Below, one piece after another: positions 7,403 through 17,439 of a DNA stretch of 64,000 bases. The stretch covers positions 529-64,528 of the forward strand of contig CAAGKF010000073.1 in NCBI GenBank assembly GCA_900770345.1, given 5' to 3'. Within the stretch, counting starts at the first letter, position 1; every line of letters begins with the position of its first letter. The notes under the pieces are model-generated. The model was not told the origin of the DNA and did no database searches. It saw only the letters and a program-made list of their open reading frames with translations. This DNA is from Lachnospiraceae bacterium (GTDB lineage Bacteria; Bacillota; Clostridia; Lachnospirales; Lachnospiraceae). The position numbers were made by a program, and so were the translations under genes.

Positions 7403-9349
7403 TTAATACGAAACATTTTTCATAGCACCGAACATCTCCTTATTCATCTCCTTATCGATACTGTGATTGTATACCAGTGCCTCATAATCCGCCAGAAGCT
7501 TCCGGTAAGGCGACTCCCGGTCTTTGACCTGGTTCCAGTCAAGAAAGGTGCCTTGGCTGTCGATACAGCCTGCAAAATGAACCACCGGAAGCTGCCCTGA
7601 CATCTGCAGCAGAAAGCTGCTGTAGGGAGACTGATCCAGCCCCGCCCTTTCCAGCACCTGAGAGGAGAGATAAAAGGCACTGAGGCGGCCCAGATCCTGA
7701 GACGGCTGCTCATAGTTGGTCCAGATAAGGAAGGGTGTCTCATACCACACAAGGTGCTCCTCCGGAGATGTCTCATATCTGGTCTTTCCTGTGATCCCGT
7801 CAAAAAAACCGGCTTCCAGGCTGGGGAGATGGTCCCCGAACATAACGATCATAGTCGGCTCTTCGCAGCCCTCAAAATATTCCGTCAGATATTTAAAGGC
7901 CTCATCTGACTCCTTCATCAGAGACAGAAACTGATCAGCCTTGGGATACAGCCCCTCATAGCTGCCTGTCAGGCGGATCTTCTGCCTGAAATTGTCATAG
8001 GTGCCTTCATAGCCGCCATGGTTCTGCATAGTGACATTAAATATAAACAGTTTATCCTCCGGATGCTCCTTCTCCTCCACTGCCTGAATCAGTTTTTCAA
8101 AGTCTCCTCGGTCACTGACATAATGGCGCAGCAGGCTGCTGTCCTTATAATAGCTTTCATCCAGAAACCGGTCAAAGCCCATATTCTCATAGCAGGCCTT
8201 TCTGTTCCAGTTTTCTCCCGGATAAGGATGCATGGCAACCGCCTCGTATCCCTGGGCCTTCAGTGTGCTCACCAGAGAACCGGTCCCGGGACGGACATTA
8301 TAATTGTAGGCAATGGATCCCCAGGGAAGCATCACCATGGAATCCCCCATAAGGAACTCAAACTCCGTATTGCTGGTCATGGCTCCGAATACGGGAACAC
8401 AGAGTTTTCCCCTTACCGTATTTTTCCGGAGGCTGCTGATAAAAGGAAAATATTCCTCGTTGGTCTCAAATTCACCGGCCACCCGGATATCAGCCAGGCT
8501 CTCATTCATAATACAGATCAAATTGACCGGCCGGACAGAAGCGGCGGATGCTGAGGAAGACTCCGCCCCGGAAGCTTCTTTCTCCTTCTGAGCCGGTTCA
8601 TCTTTAACTCCCTGGAAGCTTTCGTATTCTCCGCTTTCCAGCTGCCCGCAGATCCCCTGTACCAGCTCCCGGCTGTAGTTCTCCGGCGGAAGCTTCACCG
8701 CATAAGGCAGAGAAACAGCCGTAGCCAGTACACAGCCGTACTCGCGATAGCTTTCATTTACCGCCCACATTTTGACAGAAAGCCCCATTCCGGGAAGGAT
8801 CAGACCGAAAAATACCAGTCCGAAAACAGAAGCTGCCCCCAGGCTCCCCGCTCCAAAAAGAAGCCGCTTCCGAAGTCCCGTCACCCTGACCGGAAAAAAC
8901 CAGCACAGCACATTCAAGGCAGTAAGCCCCAGAACAGACATTCCCATGGCAAAGGACAGATAGAAGCTGTAATTGCCTGACACAGTCATCGCCGTCTTCA
9001 CAGCCAGTACATCCCAGAACATGGCCGGACGTTCCCTGAAAGACACCACAAAGGTTTCCGCAAAGGCAAATAAAAGCAGGGAAACCGACACTGCCGGAAC
9101 CGCTGCCCTTGTCCTGCCGCAGGCAGCAAAAACCAGAAGATAGAGGACGTAGATCCAGGCCACATTCAAAACTGCCAGTTTCCCGCTTATAGCTCCCAGA
9201 TTTCCTGTCACAAACTCTCCCAGGATATAGGAGCAGACCGCCGCCGCAAGCAGCTGAGCCATTCCCGTTCCAATTTCCCCGTATGTTCCTTTTTCCCTAT
9301 TTCTGACATTCTTTTCGAACATATTTCCATCCCTTTTCTTTCGTATCAC
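7403..9349 (-). CDS. LTA synthase-family / sulfatase-like membrane protein
   Basis: N-terminal TM helices; NLICIMNES, GAMTSNTEFEFL, HPYPGENWNR, TMQNHGGY, FGDHLP. Start uncertain (GTG 9349 or a later ATG). Confidence 0.85.
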   Translation of the reverse strand: MIRKKRDGNMFEKNVRNREKGTYGEIGTGMAQLLAAAVCSYILGEFVTGNLGAISGKLAVLNVAWIYVLYLLVFAACGRTRAAVPAVSVSLLLFAFAETFVVSFRERPAMFWDVLAVKTAMTVSGNYSFYLSFAMGMSVLGLTALNVLCWFFPVRVTGLRKRLLFGAGSLGAASVFGLVFFGLILPGMGLSVKMWAVNESYREYGCVLATAVSLPYAVKLPPENYSRELVQGICGQLESGEYESFQGVKDEPAQKEKEASGAESSSASAASVRPVNLICIMNESLADIRVAGEFETNEEYFPFISSLRKNTVRGKLCVPVFGAMTSNTEFEFLMGDSMVMLPWGSIAYNYNVRPGTGSLVSTLKAQGYEAVAMHPYPGENWNRKACYENMGFDRFLDESYYKDSSLLRHYVSDRGDFEKLIQAVEEKEHPEDKLFIFNVTMQNHGGYEGTYDNFRQKIRLTGSYEGLYPKADQFLSLMKESDEAFKYLTEYFEGCEEPTMIVMFGDHLPSLEAGFFDGITGKTRYETSPEEHLVWYETPFLIWTNYEQPSQDLGRLSAFYLSSQVLERAGLDQSPYSSFLLQMSGQLPVVHFAGCIDSQGTFLDWNQVKDRESPYRKLLADYEALVYNHSIDKEMNKEMFGAMKNVSY

Positions 9350-9393
9350 AAAGCAGCATCCCTATTATACCAAATCTGCTTTATGACGCAAGC

Positions 9394-9435
9394 AAAAAGA
9401 GGCACACGGAAAAAATTTCTCCCGCATGCCTCTTT
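9394..9435 (-). terminator. Terminator after the AICAR transformylase gene
   Basis: AAAGAGGCA...TGCCTCTTT inverted repeat with T runs. Confidence 0.7.
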
Positions 9436-9444
9436 ACTCTTATA

Positions 9445-10623
9445 TTAATGGTGGAACAGACGAATTCCTGTAAATGCCATTACCATGCCGTACTGGTTGC
9501 AGGTATCGATCACCTGATCGTCACGAACGGAGCCGCCGGGCTGTGCCACATACTTTACGCCGCTCTTGAATGCGCGGTCAATATTGTCACCGAAGGGGAA
9601 GAAAGCGTCAGAACCCAGAGCCACATCGGTCAGGCCGTCCAGCCAGGCTCTCTTTTCTTCTTTCGTAAATACCGGAGGCTTTACCTTGAAGGTTTTCTCC
9701 CATCTTCCGTCAGCCAGCACATCCATATAGTCATCACCGATATAAACGTCGATGGCATTATCTCTGTCGGCACGCTTGATGCCGTCCACAAAAGGAAGGT
9801 TCAGTACCTGGGGAGCCTGACGCAGATACCAGTTGTCTGCCTTGCTTCCAGCCAGGCGTGTACAGTGAACTCTGGACTGCTGTCCGGCGCCGATACCGAT
9901 GGCCTGTCCGCCCTTTACATAGCACACGGAGTTGGACTGTGTATACTTCAGAGTGATCAGAGAGATCATCAGGTCAATCGCTGCAGAATCCGGAAGCTCC
10001 TTATTCTCTGTAACAATATTGTTCAACAGATCGCGGTTGATCTCCAGATTGTTGTGTCCCTGCTCAAATACAACGCCGAATACCTGCTTGCGCTCAATTG
10101 CCTCCGGCTCATAATCCGGATCGATCTGGATCACATTGTAGTTTCCGTTTTTCTTGGTCTTTAAGATTTCCAGTGCCTCCGGCTCATATCCGGGAGCGAT
10201 CACGCCGTCAGAAACCTCTCTCTTGATCAGGCGGGCCGTATCGGCATCGCATACGTCAGACAGAGAGATAAAATCGCCGAAGGAAGACATACGATCCGCG
10301 CCTCTTGCCCTTGCGTAAGCGCAGGCCAGCGGAGAAAGCTCGCCCAGATCATCTACCCAGTAGATCTTCTTCAGCACCTCATCCATGGGAAGGCCCACTG
10401 CCGCACCCGCCGGAGATACATGCTTAAAGGAGGTTGCCGCCGGAAGGCCTGTAGCCTTCTTAAGCTCTCTTACAAGCTGCCATCCGTTTAAGGCATCCAT
10501 AAAGTTAATATATCCTGGTCTTCCGCAGAGGACCTTGATAGGAAGCTCCTGATCTCCGTTCATAAAAATCCTGGAAGGCTTCTGATTGGGGTTGCAGCCG
10601 TATTTTAATTCCAGTTCCTTCAT
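9445..10623 (-). CDS. purH: Stand-alone AICAR transformylase (PurH C-terminal domain only)
   Basis: LKYGCNPNQ, SFKHVSPAGAA, KYTQSNSV, GAGQQSRVHCT, SDAFFPFGD, QPGGSVRD, RLFHH; no N-terminal IMPCH domain. Confidence 0.92.
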   Translation of the reverse strand: MKELELKYGCNPNQKPSRIFMNGDQELPIKVLCGRPGYINFMDALNGWQLVRELKKATGLPAATSFKHVSPAGAAVGLPMDEVLKKIYWVDDLGELSPLACAYARARGADRMSSFGDFISLSDVCDADTARLIKREVSDGVIAPGYEPEALEILKTKKNGNYNVIQIDPDYEPEAIERKQVFGVVFEQGHNNLEINRDLLNNIVTENKELPDSAAIDLMISLITLKYTQSNSVCYVKGGQAIGIGAGQQSRVHCTRLAGSKADNWYLRQAPQVLNLPFVDGIKRADRDNAIDVYIGDDYMDVLADGRWEKTFKVKPPVFTKEEKRAWLDGLTDVALGSDAFFPFGDNIDRAFKSGVKYVAQPGGSVRDDQVIDTCNQYGMVMAFTGIRLFHH

Positions 10624-10668
10624 CTTCGTTTCTCTCCTTCGTTTAAATTTATTCCTAGTGCGGTTATA

Positions 10669-11382
10669 TTATTTGTTTTTATTTACGATCCTGGTTTCTG
10701 CCTTTCCGGTGGCAATATCAATAAAGCGCACGAAAAGAGAAACCTTGTTGTCTTCATTCAGGCTGTTCCATACCATATCCGTAAATTCATCGATGGTTCC
10801 CTCGATCTTTACCAGCTTCGGCTCTCCCTCAAAGCTGGGAAGAGGATTGCCGTCATGCATATAGGTGTGGATAAAATGGCCCTCTCCCGGAATCGGATTC
10901 TGATATGCATAAGTAAAACGCAGGCAGGAGGAAGGATCTCCGTGGTTGCTCTTTAAAATGGACATAGCATAGCTGTACAGTCCTTTTTCAATATGCATGA
11001 TGCCGGAAATTCTGGGGGTATAGTTGGGGCCGTCCGGCTCAAATTCACGGCTGCGAAGAGACTGCTCAAAGGTCATCTGATGATCCATCCCCTCATAAAT
11101 GGTATCTGTCTGATCACCGTTGGTAACAATGGTTTTATTTCCCAGAACACGGACCGGCGCATAAATAATCAGGCTGGGGTCCGTAAGCTTCGCGGGATCA
11201 AAGGCCTGGGTACGGATCCCTTCTCCATCCTCCACAAACACACGGTTGCGGCTGTTTTCACTTCTTCCCATAATAAAATAAGCAGTTACTGCCTCAGCGC
11301 CGTCCGCTGTCTCACCGATCACGATACCGCGTCCGGGGTAGGCATTGTTTTTCAGTTCCTGTTCCAGTGACATTACGTTCAT
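10669..11382 (-). CDS. IMP cyclohydrolase-like protein (PurO-type fold)
   Basis: YPGRGIVIG, YFIMGRSENSRNR, TNGDQTD, EPDGPNYTPRISG; ATG 11382 with GGAGG RBS; directly upstream of the transformylase. Confidence 0.85.
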   Translation of the reverse strand: MNVMSLEQELKNNAYPGRGIVIGETADGAEAVTAYFIMGRSENSRNRVFVEDGEGIRTQAFDPAKLTDPSLIIYAPVRVLGNKTIVTNGDQTDTIYEGMDHQMTFEQSLRSREFEPDGPNYTPRISGIMHIEKGLYSYAMSILKSNHGDPSSCLRFTYAYQNPIPGEGHFIHTYMHDGNPLPSFEGEPKLVKIEGTIDEFTDMVWNSLNEDNKVSLFVRFIDIATGKAETRIVNKNK

Positions 11383-11420
11383 AATGGTCCCTCCATTTTT
11401 GAGATAAATTTCGCGGAGTA

Positions 11421-11540
11421 ACAAAAGAGCCGGCCTCCGGGCACACGAAAAATACGCGTGCCCAGGCGGTCGGCTCCTATAACTTTCTTTCTGCTGCGTG
11501 CTCCCTGTGGTTTACCCACTATCCGCCAGTCACACGCTCT
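11421..11540 (-). ncRNA. ZMP/ZTP riboswitch (pfl motif) with terminator expression platform
   Basis: GCGTGTGACTGGCGGATAGTGGGTAAACCACAGGGAGCACGC-linker-GCCGACCGCCTGGGCA; the 3' stem is part of terminator GAGCCG...CGGCTC-TTTT; lies upstream of purH-type genes. Confidence 0.93.
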
Positions 11541-11546
11541 ACAATA

Positions 11547-11575
11547 ACTATATATGTTTTTTCCTAATATTGCAA
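11547..11575 (-). promoter_or_regulatory. SigA promoter of the riboswitch leader
   Basis: TTGCAA-N17-TATAGT. Confidence 0.7.
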
Positions 11576-11621
11576 TAGTTTTTTAGAAGTTTCACTTATG
11601 AGTTTTTCTTATAAACAAAGG

Positions 11622-13004
11622 TCACTCATTGCGGATAGCCGCCAGAGGGCTCAGTCTCATGGCGCGCACAGCCGGCATAAATCCGGCCGCCATTCCTACA
11701 AAAACAGCGAATGCCACCGCCGCTCCGGACAGCCAGACCGGTATCCGGGAAATACTTCCGGCCATTCCCCACATCTGCTCCATATTAACAAAATGATTAA
11801 TGACCATGGAAATACCATAGCTTAAAAGGATCCCGGCCGCGCCTCCCATAAAACCGATAAAGCCGGATTCAATGAGAAACATATTCCGGATATTGCCCAT
11901 ATCACAGCCCAGCACCTTCATAATGCCGATCTCCTTCGTCCGCTCATAAATGGACATCATCATGGTGTTGGCGATACCGATGGCCGCCACAAACAGGGAT
12001 ACGGCTCCGATTCCTCCCAGCACAGCCTGAACCATATTGGACTGCCGACGGGAGCTTTCCAGCCAGTCCATCTGGCTGCTCACCTGAAAGCCCATATCTG
12101 CCAGCTTCGTCTGGACCTGCTGTACGTTTTCCATATCATCCACAAACACCTGGGCACTGTTGTAAACCAGATAATTTAAAGGCTTTCCCTTTTTGTTGAC
12201 AGGCTGACCCGGAATCACCGTCCCCTTTCTGAAAGCTTTGCGCAGCTGGCTCTTTAAGCCGTCGATATCTGTGAAAATATAATAGGAATGGCTGTTCCAG
12301 TCCTGAATGCCGCCTGCCACCATCCCCGTAGCATTAACCATATATTTTTTTGGCGGCTTTACCGAAGCTCCTCCCTCACTGCTGCCGGAAACGCTGTTTC
12401 TGGTTTGAAAATACGCATCCATATCAAAGATCACAAATAAGGGTTTGCCCATGAAATCCACATCCGGAAGCTCCATGGTATCCCAGTAACCCTTTCCCGT
12501 CTTAAAATTGTTAAACTGCTGGATCACCGTATTGCCCACTACCAGTCCCATCTCTCCCGGCTTCGGCAGACGTCCCTCCCCCAGATCGATCTGTTCCAGA
12601 TACGACTGGCTGACTCCCCTCAGACTGAGGTACTGGGCCTCATAAGCTCCCTGCCGTATCACCACATTCATCTCAAGAACAGGAGACACACCTGTCACAT
12701 GAGGGATCCTGGAAAAGCGGGTAATCTCCTCATCCGTAATATAACCGGGGTCCGATGTTTTCCCTCCGCTGTTGACGGCGATCCCGTTTCCGCTGTAACC
12801 GGATCCGGAACGCACCTCGATGGTTGTCAGGCTTCCCCAGGAGGCGATCTGCTCCATAGTCAGCTCATTCAAACCGATTCCCAGAGAAACCATGACCACG
12901 ATAGAGGCCGTACCTATGATCACACCCAGCACTGTAAGAACAGTTCTCAGCTTTCTGCGCCTCAGATTATTGATGCTCATGATCAGAAGATCAGGAAATC
13001 TCAT
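11622..13004 (-). CDS. ABC transporter permease, MacB/FtsX family
   Basis: RTVLTVLGVIIGTASIV; GIANTMMMSIYERTKEIGIMKVLG; likely start ATG 13004 (MRFPDL), overlapping the upstream stop. Confidence 0.9.
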   Translation of the reverse strand: MRFPDLLIMSINNLRRRKLRTVLTVLGVIIGTASIVVMVSLGIGLNELTMEQIASWGSLTTIEVRSGSGYSGNGIAVNSGGKTSDPGYITDEEITRFSRIPHVTGVSPVLEMNVVIRQGAYEAQYLSLRGVSQSYLEQIDLGEGRLPKPGEMGLVVGNTVIQQFNNFKTGKGYWDTMELPDVDFMGKPLFVIFDMDAYFQTRNSVSGSSEGGASVKPPKKYMVNATGMVAGGIQDWNSHSYYIFTDIDGLKSQLRKAFRKGTVIPGQPVNKKGKPLNYLVYNSAQVFVDDMENVQQVQTKLADMGFQVSSQMDWLESSRRQSNMVQAVLGGIGAVSLFVAAIGIANTMMMSIYERTKEIGIMKVLGCDMGNIRNMFLIESGFIGFMGGAAGILLSYGISMVINHFVNMEQMWGMAGSISRIPVWLSGAAVAFAVFVGMAAGFMPAVRAMRLSPLAAIRNE

Positions 13005-14853
13005 CGTCAACATCCTCTTCCTTCGCTTTTCTGCGCTTTTTGCGGATAACAGCAGCCGTGATCCCGCCTCCTGCCAGAAGAAGGACACCTCCTGCCGCCA
13101 GCTTCGGCATCAGAGCGCCCCCTCCGGAGGAAGCTCCTTCCGTTTCCGTGGAATCCGCATCCATTTCCGCATCCCAAACCTCCTCCACCGGCTCCGTCAC
13201 GATCAGAGTAAGCTCCTTCTCCACCGGTTCTGCCGCCGTGCCGTTCTCATCCTCATAGGTGATGAGAACGCGGATCGTACCGTCATCCATAGTAGGAGCA
13301 ATTCCGGTAAGCATGGCATCCACATTTCCCGTCTCTCCCGGCTTAATATTGCCCACATAGGTATCCACCGGCTTAATGGAATCCCCTTCAAACATCACAG
13401 TCACATTGTAGAGAATCACTTTTCCCGTATTATTGATGCCAAACATAACATTGGACTCAGAGCCCACAGTCATATTGTCCGGCATCACATCCATACTGCT
13501 GGTGCTGAGCCTGGCATACTGCTTCACAGGAATGTCTACTATGATTTCCTCCTCGGCATTCTTAAATTCAGGACTGTCATATTTCTCCTTCACAGTAATG
13601 GAGTAAGAGCGCTGATCCACGCCGGCTCTGGCAGTAAATCTGGCCCGGATCTCCTTACTCTGTCCCGGAGTCATGGAATCCACCACCAGAGAGGAGGTCC
13701 CTGATTCCGTTGTAAAAACTGCGCTGTCGGAAACCTTCTCCGATTCCAGCGTAAACAGAATATTGCTGGCAGGCACGGCGACAGAAGCGTTTTTCATATT
13801 CAGGATCAGATCAAACTCATCTCCCGCATAGATCTGCTCCGGCTCCGTACGGTAGCTTTCCACGATCAGCCTGGCCCTTGTACGGTCATTGGCATTGAAT
13901 TCCCGGAGGTCATCCTCATTATCCTTGGACACGATATGTACATAAAAGGTACCCTCCTCCGTGTGCAGATCTCCCTCGGAGCTTAAACGAAAGGTGATTG
14001 TATATTTAATCGGATAATATCCGGTATAGGATTCTTTCCGGATTGCCATGCTGTAGGAAGCCGCCACGGTTTCACCGGAAGAGATCCGCTCAAAAGTCCT
14101 GTCATAATTTCCCTCATTGATCTCAAAAGGAAACTTCTCATCGTCCTCCGAAACGCCCATGCTGATGGTTACATCCTGGGCCGTGGTTTCCCGCTTGTTG
14201 CGGAAGTTAACGCTGAAATCAAGGACGTTGGGGTAAACACCGCGGGGAGTGGACTGGTTTTCACCGATCACAAAATAGTTTCCTTCCTTTTTGTCCTCCT
14301 CATCATCCGCGGAATTGGAAGCGCTGGTGGATATCCACACATTGACATAATCGATCTCTGAGCCTTCCTCCCATTCCAGAAGAATCGGAACGCTGTAATA
14401 GCCCTGAAGCGCGTCCCGGCGGACACGGGCGGACAGGGAAACGCTCTTTACGTTTCCCGCATCGATATTTCCCACACTTTTGGGCAGAAATGTAGTCTCC
14501 ATGATCTCAAAGGGATAATAATCCACCGTATAATCGCTGTCTCCGTCCTCCTCGATCCGCTGAAAATCACTGGTTTCCGCCAGACTTACCTTTACATTTG
14601 TCATATCCTCATCCAAGGCCCGGATCCGGAAGGTAATACTCATAGATTTTCCAATGTTTCCCTTAGGCGACTTGGTGGTAAAGATATAGGCATTGTCACT
14701 GGCATTGGTGTTGTATCCCAGCCGGTAATCACTGGCCAGAGCACAAACCGGGGCCGCAAAGGCCATAAGGACTGCAGCAAATACCGCGGCAGCGCCGCGG
14801 ACAGCTTTCCCCCGGGCCCGCTGCAGACTGTTCCATCTGAACACTCTCATCAT
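12991..14853 (-). CDS. Secreted, C-terminally membrane-anchored Ig-like repeat protein (COG1361/CARDB-like) accessory to the ABC system
   Basis: Signal peptide, repeated beta-rich domains (VGNIDAG, VGNIKPGE), C-terminal TM plus basic tail; start ATG 14853/14850 with GAGGGAG RBS. Confidence 0.75.
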   Translation of the reverse strand: MMRVFRWNSLQRARGKAVRGAAAVFAAVLMAFAAPVCALASDYRLGYNTNASDNAYIFTTKSPKGNIGKSMSITFRIRALDEDMTNVKVSLAETSDFQRIEEDGDSDYTVDYYPFEIMETTFLPKSVGNIDAGNVKSVSLSARVRRDALQGYYSVPILLEWEEGSEIDYVNVWISTSASNSADDEEDKKEGNYFVIGENQSTPRGVYPNVLDFSVNFRNKRETTAQDVTISMGVSEDDEKFPFEINEGNYDRTFERISSGETVAASYSMAIRKESYTGYYPIKYTITFRLSSEGDLHTEEGTFYVHIVSKDNEDDLREFNANDRTRARLIVESYRTEPEQIYAGDEFDLILNMKNASVAVPASNILFTLESEKVSDSAVFTTESGTSSLVVDSMTPGQSKEIRARFTARAGVDQRSYSITVKEKYDSPEFKNAEEEIIVDIPVKQYARLSTSSMDVMPDNMTVGSESNVMFGINNTGKVILYNVTVMFEGDSIKPVDTYVGNIKPGETGNVDAMLTGIAPTMDDGTIRVLITYEDENGTAAEPVEKELTLIVTEPVEEVWDAEMDADSTETEGASSGGGALMPKLAAGGVLLLAGGGITAAVIRKKRRKAKEEDVDDEIS

Positions 14854-14873
14854 CAAACTCTCCCTCACTGTTG

Positions 14874-14963
14874 TTTTTCGTTCTCTTAATTTCCGTCCTA
14901 TTGTTTTCCGTCCGGCTGCTTTCCGTCCGGCTGTTTTCCATTCGGCTGTTTTCCATCCGGCTG
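14874..14963. repeat. Six degenerate 15-bp tandem repeats
   Basis: Unit TTTTCCGTCCGGCTG, four near-perfect and two decayed copies; encodes (QPDGK)n. Confidence 0.85.
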
Positions 14964-15683
14964 TACCGCACTGCTCTCCTCCTCCCACGCCAAACTGCCT
15001 GTCTCAATTCCAACGATCTTTCCGTCTACAATGCGAATTCTTCTGTCGGCATAGGAAGCCAGATGATCATCATGAGTAACCATGACCAGAGTCTGCTGCT
15101 GTTCCTTTACGATTCGCTGCATCAGACGCAGCACCTCCATGGTTGTTCTGGAATCCAGATTCCCCGTGGGTTCGTCGGCAAAGATGATCTGAGGATTCAC
15201 CACCAGAGCTCTGGCGATTCCCACTCTCTGCTGCTGGCCGCCGGACATCTGATTCGGCATGTGTTTTTCCTGATCCTCCACACCCACCAGCTTCATAAAC
15301 TTTCTGGCCCGCTTCAGCCGTTCCGCCCGGGGAATCCCCCTGAAAGACAGAGGCAGAGCCACATTCTCCACCGCATTCATGGTATTTAACAGGTTATAGG
15401 ACTGAAATATAAATCCAATCTTCTCTCTGCGGAACGCAACCAGCTGCTTTTCCGTCATTTTTTCTATATGGACCTTTCCGATCACGATCTCGCCTCTGGT
15501 AGGCTTCTCCAGACCGGCCATCATATTTAACAATGTTGATTTTCCCGAACCGGAAGTACCCACAATTGCCACAAACTCTCCCTTATACAGTTCAAAATCA
15601 ACACCATTTAAAGCTTTGACCTTTGTCTCACCCACGCGGTATATCTTATAAAGATTCTTTACCTGTATAACTGTCTCCGACAT
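14898..15683 (-). CDS. ABC transporter ATP-binding protein (LolD/MacB type)
   Basis: GTSGSGKST, MSGGQQQRV, FADEPTGNLD, MVTHD. Confidence 0.95.
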   Translation of the reverse strand: MSETVIQVKNLYKIYRVGETKVKALNGVDFELYKGEFVAIVGTSGSGKSTLLNMMAGLEKPTRGEIVIGKVHIEKMTEKQLVAFRREKIGFIFQSYNLLNTMNAVENVALPLSFRGIPRAERLKRARKFMKLVGVEDQEKHMPNQMSGGQQQRVGIARALVVNPQIIFADEPTGNLDSRTTMEVLRLMQRIVKEQQQTLVMVTHDDHLASYADRRIRIVDGKIVGIETGSLAWEEESSAVQPDGKQPNGKQPDGKQPDGKQ

Positions 15684-16015
15684 TTTCCGCCTCCGCCTCT
15701 GCTCTCAGCAGACAAAAGACACTGAAAGCACTTTCGTCCAGTATATCACATAAGCCCCAAAGGAGCCTCCTGTTTTTCCTTAAGGTTCTTTAATAATTCC
15801 TTACAGTCCTGCCGTCCGTACTGTTACAGATTCTTGCAAAAATCTTTTTGCAAAAAAGACAAAAACAGCTTGACTTATGAAACATTCTATGTAAAAATAT
15901 GACGAGGCACAAATCAGTGCCATATCTGGCTGGTCCGGCTATCGCACTGGTAGAGTGTGAACTATTTCCCAAAATCAATAAAACTAATAATTTCATAAAG
16001 GCAAAGGAGAATCCC

Positions 16016-16939
16016 ATGAGACATTTATTGAATCCCTTAGACTTCTCTGTGGAAGAAATTGATGACCTTCTGGCCCTTGCAAGAGATATTGAGCAGAATC
16101 TTCCGAAATATGCTCATGTCTGCGACGGCAAAAAGCTGGCCACTCTTTTCTACGAACCCAGTACCAGAACCCGCTTAAGCTTTGAAGCGGCTATGATGAA
16201 TCTGGGAGGTAATGTATTAGGCTTTTCATCTGCCAATTCCAGTTCTGCTGCCAAGGGCGAGAGCGTAGCTGACACAATTCGAATGATTTCCTGCTATGCA
16301 GATATCTGCGCAATGCGTCATCCCAAGGAAGGCGCCGCTTTTGTAGCTGCTCAGAAGGCTCAGATCCCTGTAATCAATGCAGGCGACGGCGGCCATCAGC
16401 ATCCTACTCAGACACTCACCGACCTTATGACCATTCGTTCCATGAAGGGACGTCTTGACAATCTGGTGATCGGTCTCTGCGGCGATCTGAAATTCGGACG
16501 CACCGTTCATTCCCTGATCAATGCCATGGTCCGTTATCCCAATATCAAGTTCATTCTGATCTCCCCGCCTGAGCTGCGCATCCCGGATAATATCCGTGAA
16601 GACGTGCTGATGGCAAATAACATCCCCTTCGAGGAAGTAGGAAATCTGGACGACGCGCTGGGACAGCTGGATATCCTCTATATGACCCGTGTACAGAAGG
16701 AGCGTTTCTTCAACGAGGAGGATTATGTTCGTCTGAAGGACTGCTACATCCTGAATAAGAAGAAAATGAAACTGGCAAAGAAGGATATGTATGTTCTCCA
16801 TCCTCTTCCACGTGTAAATGAAATTTCCGTAGAGGTAGATGACGATCCGAGAGCTGCTTATTTCAAACAGGCTCAATACGGCGTTTACGTGCGTATGGCC
16901 TTGATCATGACATTACTGGAGGTGCCGAAGCCATGTTAA
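16016..16939 (+). CDS. pyrB: Aspartate carbamoyltransferase catalytic subunit
   Basis: [32 protein letters not shown] 16016 with AAGGAG RBS. Confidence 0.97.
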   Translation: MRHLLNPLDFSVEEIDDLLALARDIEQNLPKYAHVCDGKKLATLFYEPSTRTRLSFEAAMMNLGGNVLGFSSANSSSAAKGESVADTIRMISCYADICAMRHPKEGAAFVAAQKAQIPVINAGDGGHQHPTQTLTDLMTIRSMKGRLDNLVIGLCGDLKFGRTVHSLINAMVRYPNIKFILISPPELRIPDNIREDVLMANNIPFEEVGNLDDALGQLDILYMTRVQKERFFNEEDYVRLKDCYILNKKKMKLAKKDMYVLHPLPRVNEISVEVDDDPRAAYFKQAQYGVYVRMALIMTLLEVPKPC

Positions 16940-17364
16940 ATATCAGCGGATTAAAGGAAGGAATCGTTCTTGACCACATTGAGGCAGGCAAGAGCCTGGA
17001 TATCTACTATCATCTGGGACTGGACAAGCTGGACTGCCAGGTAGCGATTATCAAAAACGCACGCAGCAACAAAATGGGCCGCAAGGACATCATCAAAATT
17101 GAAGGCGGTCTGGATACGGTGGACCTGGATATTCTGGGATATATTGATCACAACATCACCGTAAACATTATCCGTGACGACAAGATCGTCGAGAAAAAGG
17201 CTCTGAAGCTCCCGAAGAAGCTCACCAATGTGATCCAGTGCAAGAATCCCCGCTGCATCACTTCCATCGAGCAGGAGCTTCCCCACATCTTCTATCTGGC
17301 CGACGCCAAAAAAGAAACCTACCGCTGCCAGTACTGCGATGAAAAGTACAGCGAGTACAAATAA
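16933..17364 (+). CDS. pyrI: Aspartate carbamoyltransferase regulatory subunit
   Basis: GIVLDHI, KDIIKIE, Zn ligands CKNPRC and CQYC. Confidence 0.95.
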   Translation: MLNISGLKEGIVLDHIEAGKSLDIYYHLGLDKLDCQVAIIKNARSNKMGRKDIIKIEGGLDTVDLDILGYIDHNITVNIIRDDKIVEKKALKLPKKLTNVIQCKNPRCITSIEQELPHIFYLADAKKETYRCQYCDEKYSEYK

Positions 17365-17374
17365 AAACGGTATT

Positions 17375-17425
17375 AAAAAGGACCGGTGCTCCGCAGAGCA
17401 ATGTCTGCGGAACACCGGCCTTTCT
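17375..17425. terminator. Bidirectional terminator between convergent pyrI and the glyoxalase gene
   Basis: AAAAAGGACCGGTGCTCCGCAGA...TCTGCGGAACACCGGCCTTT. Confidence 0.8.
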
Positions 17426-17439
17426 ATATATCTGTCTGT

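Noticed and set aside
7393..9385. TTTATG(G/A)C on both sides of the LTA synthase gene as a third cassette junction
   Set aside because: Match too short for AT-rich intergenic DNA and no second conserved block.
14854..14988. N-terminal KTAGR-repeat extension of the surface protein
   Set aside because: Alternative frame of the 15-bp repeat; a good RBS supports the start at 14853/14850.
15899..16015. 39-codon N-terminal extension of PyrB
   Set aside because: No RBS, and it starts too close to the promoter; ATG 16016 has a strong RBS and the typical PyrB start.
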